A stretch of DNA of 64,000 nucleotides from Takakia lepidozioides (taxonomy: Eukaryota; Plantae; Bryophyta), in the NCBI GenBank assembly GCA_030704615.1, contig CM060733.1, forward strand, positions 14,818,001-14,882,000. Direction: 5' to 3'. This document shows positions 61,030 to 64,000 of this stretch, piece by piece. Made by a program: the position numbers and the translations under genes. The notes below the pieces were generated by a model, which was not told the origin of the DNA, did not search any database, and saw only the letters and a program-made list of their open reading frames with translations. The first letter of the stretch is position 1, and every line of letters starts with the position of its first letter.

Positions 61030-62200
61030 ACTTGAGACCGGCACGGGTAACGGTCTTGATATTTTTAATTTGTTATTTTTTTCAATGTGGGCGGTCCCGA
61101 TCGTTTTAATTTTTAATTTTTTAAATCAAAATTTGGACCCTCTCAACTAGCGTCCCGATTTTGTTTGAAATTTAACATAAAAAATCGGGCCGCTTGACAT
61201 GACGGTCAAATTTTTATACATATTTAAAAAAAATGAGAACCGCCAGAGCTAGTAGTCTCGAATTTATTAAATACTTCCTTAAAATTCAGGACCGCGAAAG
61301 CTGACGGTTTGGAATTTATTATTATTAGATTTTAAAGTTTTGTTTTTCGAGACTACGAGGGCTGGCGGTTTAGAATGTAGTAAATAATATCTTAAAAATC
61401 GGGACCGCTAGAGTTGGCGGTCCCGATTTATTACATAATTTCTTGAAATTTGAGACAGCTAGATCCAGCTATCCATATTTTATTGTTAATATTTTTAAAA
61501 TTTTACAGTCATAGTTGCACATATGGACATGACGTGGCGCTTGCATGTCAGCGTCATATCCAAAACAGACGTTAATTTCTGTAATTCTTTTTTTCTTTAA
61601 TTGTTACTAGTTTATATTTGTGGGTCGCGTTTTTTTGTTAATAAACTTTCGTTGGACATGAGTTTTAGCAAAACTAATAGCGATCGATAGAGTTCAGAAG
61701 TCGATTCTAATTTTTTTTTAAACAAAATTGAAGCCACCGCCAGAATACGACGGTCGTAATTTTTGTTTTTTTTCAAATATCTTTCTTAAAAAAAAAAACA
61801 ATGGCTATGATCCCCCAATTTGGAGGTCGCATCTAGTTTTAAAACAAAAGAATAAGAAACGACCACCAAAATTCGGTAGTTATAAATTTTTTGGAGATAA
61901 TCTATTTCAAAAGTAATTCAATAATTTATTTTTATTTTTGAAATAAAAATATTATTGTGATAATCAAATTCGATGGTCGCACCTATTTTATTAAACAAAA
62001 ATTAGACGCACCCGCAAAATTATGCTCGTTATTTTTAGTAAAATATTTTTTATTCAAAATTTATAACGTTAAAAAAAAACTCTTTTATGTATTTTAACTT
62101 GAAAAAATTTCTGCAATTTCCAAATGCTGACGGTCGCACTAATTTTTCCTTAAAAAAATAGAAGCGACTGCCAAAATTTGGCCGTCACATCTACTTTTGT
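61030..62200. repeat. AT-rich array of short GC-rich hairpin motifs (GGACCGC-N7..10-GCGGTCC type) at ~50-60-bp spacing; probable non-autonomous TE
   Basis: Best copy GGGACCGCTAGAGTTGGCGGTCCC at 61401-61424; degenerate copies near 61135, 61187, 61237, 61289, 61350, 61732, 61860 and 62163; a related motif at ~1512-1535. Confidence 0.6.
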
Positions 62201-62862
62201 TTTAATATTGATTTTAGAATTTACTTGTAATCGTTAATTTTTTGACGATTGCATATTTTTTATTTTTATTATTTACACCGCGTCGTAATTTCTGGCTGTC
62301 GCAAGCGTCCGGTCCTACGCGACCTACCGTGACGTTCCTCACCTTGGATGCAGTATCTTAGTGCACTGCACCGTCCTGTTGATGCATTAAAGGTAGTGTA
62401 TTGCACATTTCGTGGATGTTGTATATGAAGTGGAGAAAAGAGCCTAAGAGGATAAATTGTTTCAAGGTCACTGATTACTAACATGATACGATGTTGTTTT
62501 TATTGCCGATAAAAAATTTACATCCTGGGATTGTCTGGAGGTTTCTGCACTGCCATTCAGTGGACCTGGACTGCCTAAAGGAGCATTAGTAAACTACCAA
62601 ACTCCACCACACGGAAAGATAAGAGATTTCAATATGTTCTCACAGCCTCCGTCTACAAAGTGAGCAAGATGCATTCATTTACAGCCACGTATCGATGCAA
62701 TCGTTGTGGAAACCCCAGTCCAGCTATTATTATCATCATCCTCTACCACCTGTGAACTCTTCCTCTTCGTTATCTTTGTATTTGTCGTCGTCCTCTTCTT
62801 CCTCTTTGTTTTATATCAATGAACCCCCAATCGTCAAAGCGGATCCAACTCTCCAACTCTCC

Positions 62863-63078
62863 AACTCTCCAGGTCTAGCCAATTCCTTCCCTGTTGCATG
62901 AGGGGAACATCCATCCTCGTCATCCTTATTGTTTGAATCAGAGTCTATGTCTATGAGTCAGGAACATCCCAACAGCCAAATGACATGGACATAGACTCTG
63001 ACTCAGGCGAGAAGGATGACGAAGAAGGATGTTTCCCTCAGGTCAACATGACGGAATTAGCCAGACCTGGAGGGTTGG
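62863..63078. repeat. ~215-nt imperfect inverted repeat (~95-bp arms, ~27-nt loop)
   Basis: CCAACTCTCCAGGTCTAGCCAATTCC pairs with GGAATTAGCCAGACCTGGAGGGTTGG, and CAGAGTCTATGTCTATG pairs with CATGGACATAGACTCTG. Confidence 0.85.
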
Positions 63079-64000
63079 CCAGCTTAGATCATTTGGTCAT
63101 GAGAAGTCAACTCAGACAGGATGCTTTTTTTTTTTTTTTTTTTGTGTCGAACGTCTCTATCAAGTTCAAGGTTGCAATGAGATTTGAGGAGTTGGGTGTT
63201 TGTTTTGTTAGCTTTTAGACTCAAGAAGATTTATGCAGATTTCCAAGAATTGTCAGCCCACATTTCCCATGCGGTCATCTTGCGTCTTCTTGAAAATGTT
63301 GCAACGGAAAGAAGAAGGGTAGGACAAAGTGGGGGTGTACAAAATCCAGCGAGGAGAGACAATTACAGTCGACATGGGCGACCTCAAGTATTTCTACACA
63401 ATGGATGAAGAGGAGCAATGAGCAGTGGTTTTGTGCCATATATTGTTAGGTTTCGTGTACAGGCTGGTGTTGAAGACCTGACACCACACAAGAAGCCGCT
63501 ATTAAGGGGAGGGTGTTGTGGATTGGGGTACCATGTAGATATGGGAGATGGATGGGTACAAAAGTTTCTGAAACTCATCCCAGAAAGTATGAGGGGGCAT
63601 AATAGTGGTAGACCCCTCTAAGGGGATTTTGGAGGATGAGGTCCGCATCTATGCAGATTGATGTGGGTTAGAGCTTTCAGACTTTCCTACTTTCAGTAAA
63701 GACCTGGTGTGATGAATTTCATGCACAGGGTCATAGTATTTCCCAGCCTCTCATTTTGTGCCTCCATATTGCGGATTGTGGATATATTTGTGAAAAAATT
63801 TAAAAGTAAAAAAAATGTCACTTTGGATGCCACGTCGTTTTACTTGGTTTTATTTTTAATGCAGGCGACTGCAATATCGGCGGCTCGACAAATTTTTTTT
63901 AATAACAAAGCGTGTTTGTTGACGACCTCCTGCACCTGTCACAACGACACAAATCTTTAGATATGACAGATGAATATAATCACTTTATTCGTAGAGGTGG

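Noticed and set aside
61030-62200. CRISPR or REP-like palindrome array
   Set aside because: Units are highly degenerate with low-complexity AT spacers; better explained as TE subterminal repeats.
63180-63780. Possible transposase remnant
   Set aside because: Short broken frames without identifiable catalytic motifs.

Overview
Eukaryotic nuclear DNA, very likely from a seed-free land plant: GT-AG introns, TTTAGGG repeats, PLS-class PPR fragments and a flagellar ODF3/SHIPPO-repeat gene. The left third holds the 5' LTR and tRNA-Ala primer-binding site of an LTR retrotransposon that runs out of the window. It also holds two spliced minus-strand host genes (a HAD-family cytosolic 5'-nucleotidase III and an FHA-BRCT-RING-PHD protein) and a patchwork of duplications, MITE-like fold-backs and LINE remnants. 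From ~29.85 to 58.39 kb lies a decayed Ty3/Gypsy pol plus 3' LTR, split by two large insertions that each carry a DNA-methyltransferase gene. (1) A 14,393-bp DNA transposon (30544-44936) has CACTA-type TIRs and a 3-bp CAG target-site duplication, yet encodes a GCM-MULE(DDE)-SWIM Mutator-type transposase rather than a CACTA TnpD. It also carries a divergently oriented, intron-containing ParB/Srx + beta-class N4C/N6A-methyltransferase-like gene and captured PPR fragments. (2) A ~10.4-kb insertion (46158-56567) contains a Ty3/Gypsy element with a DNMT3-like C5 methyltransferase between protease and RT and a PHD finger after integrase. Both carry stops or frameshifts in this copy. All domain calls are by eye from motifs; no database search was run.
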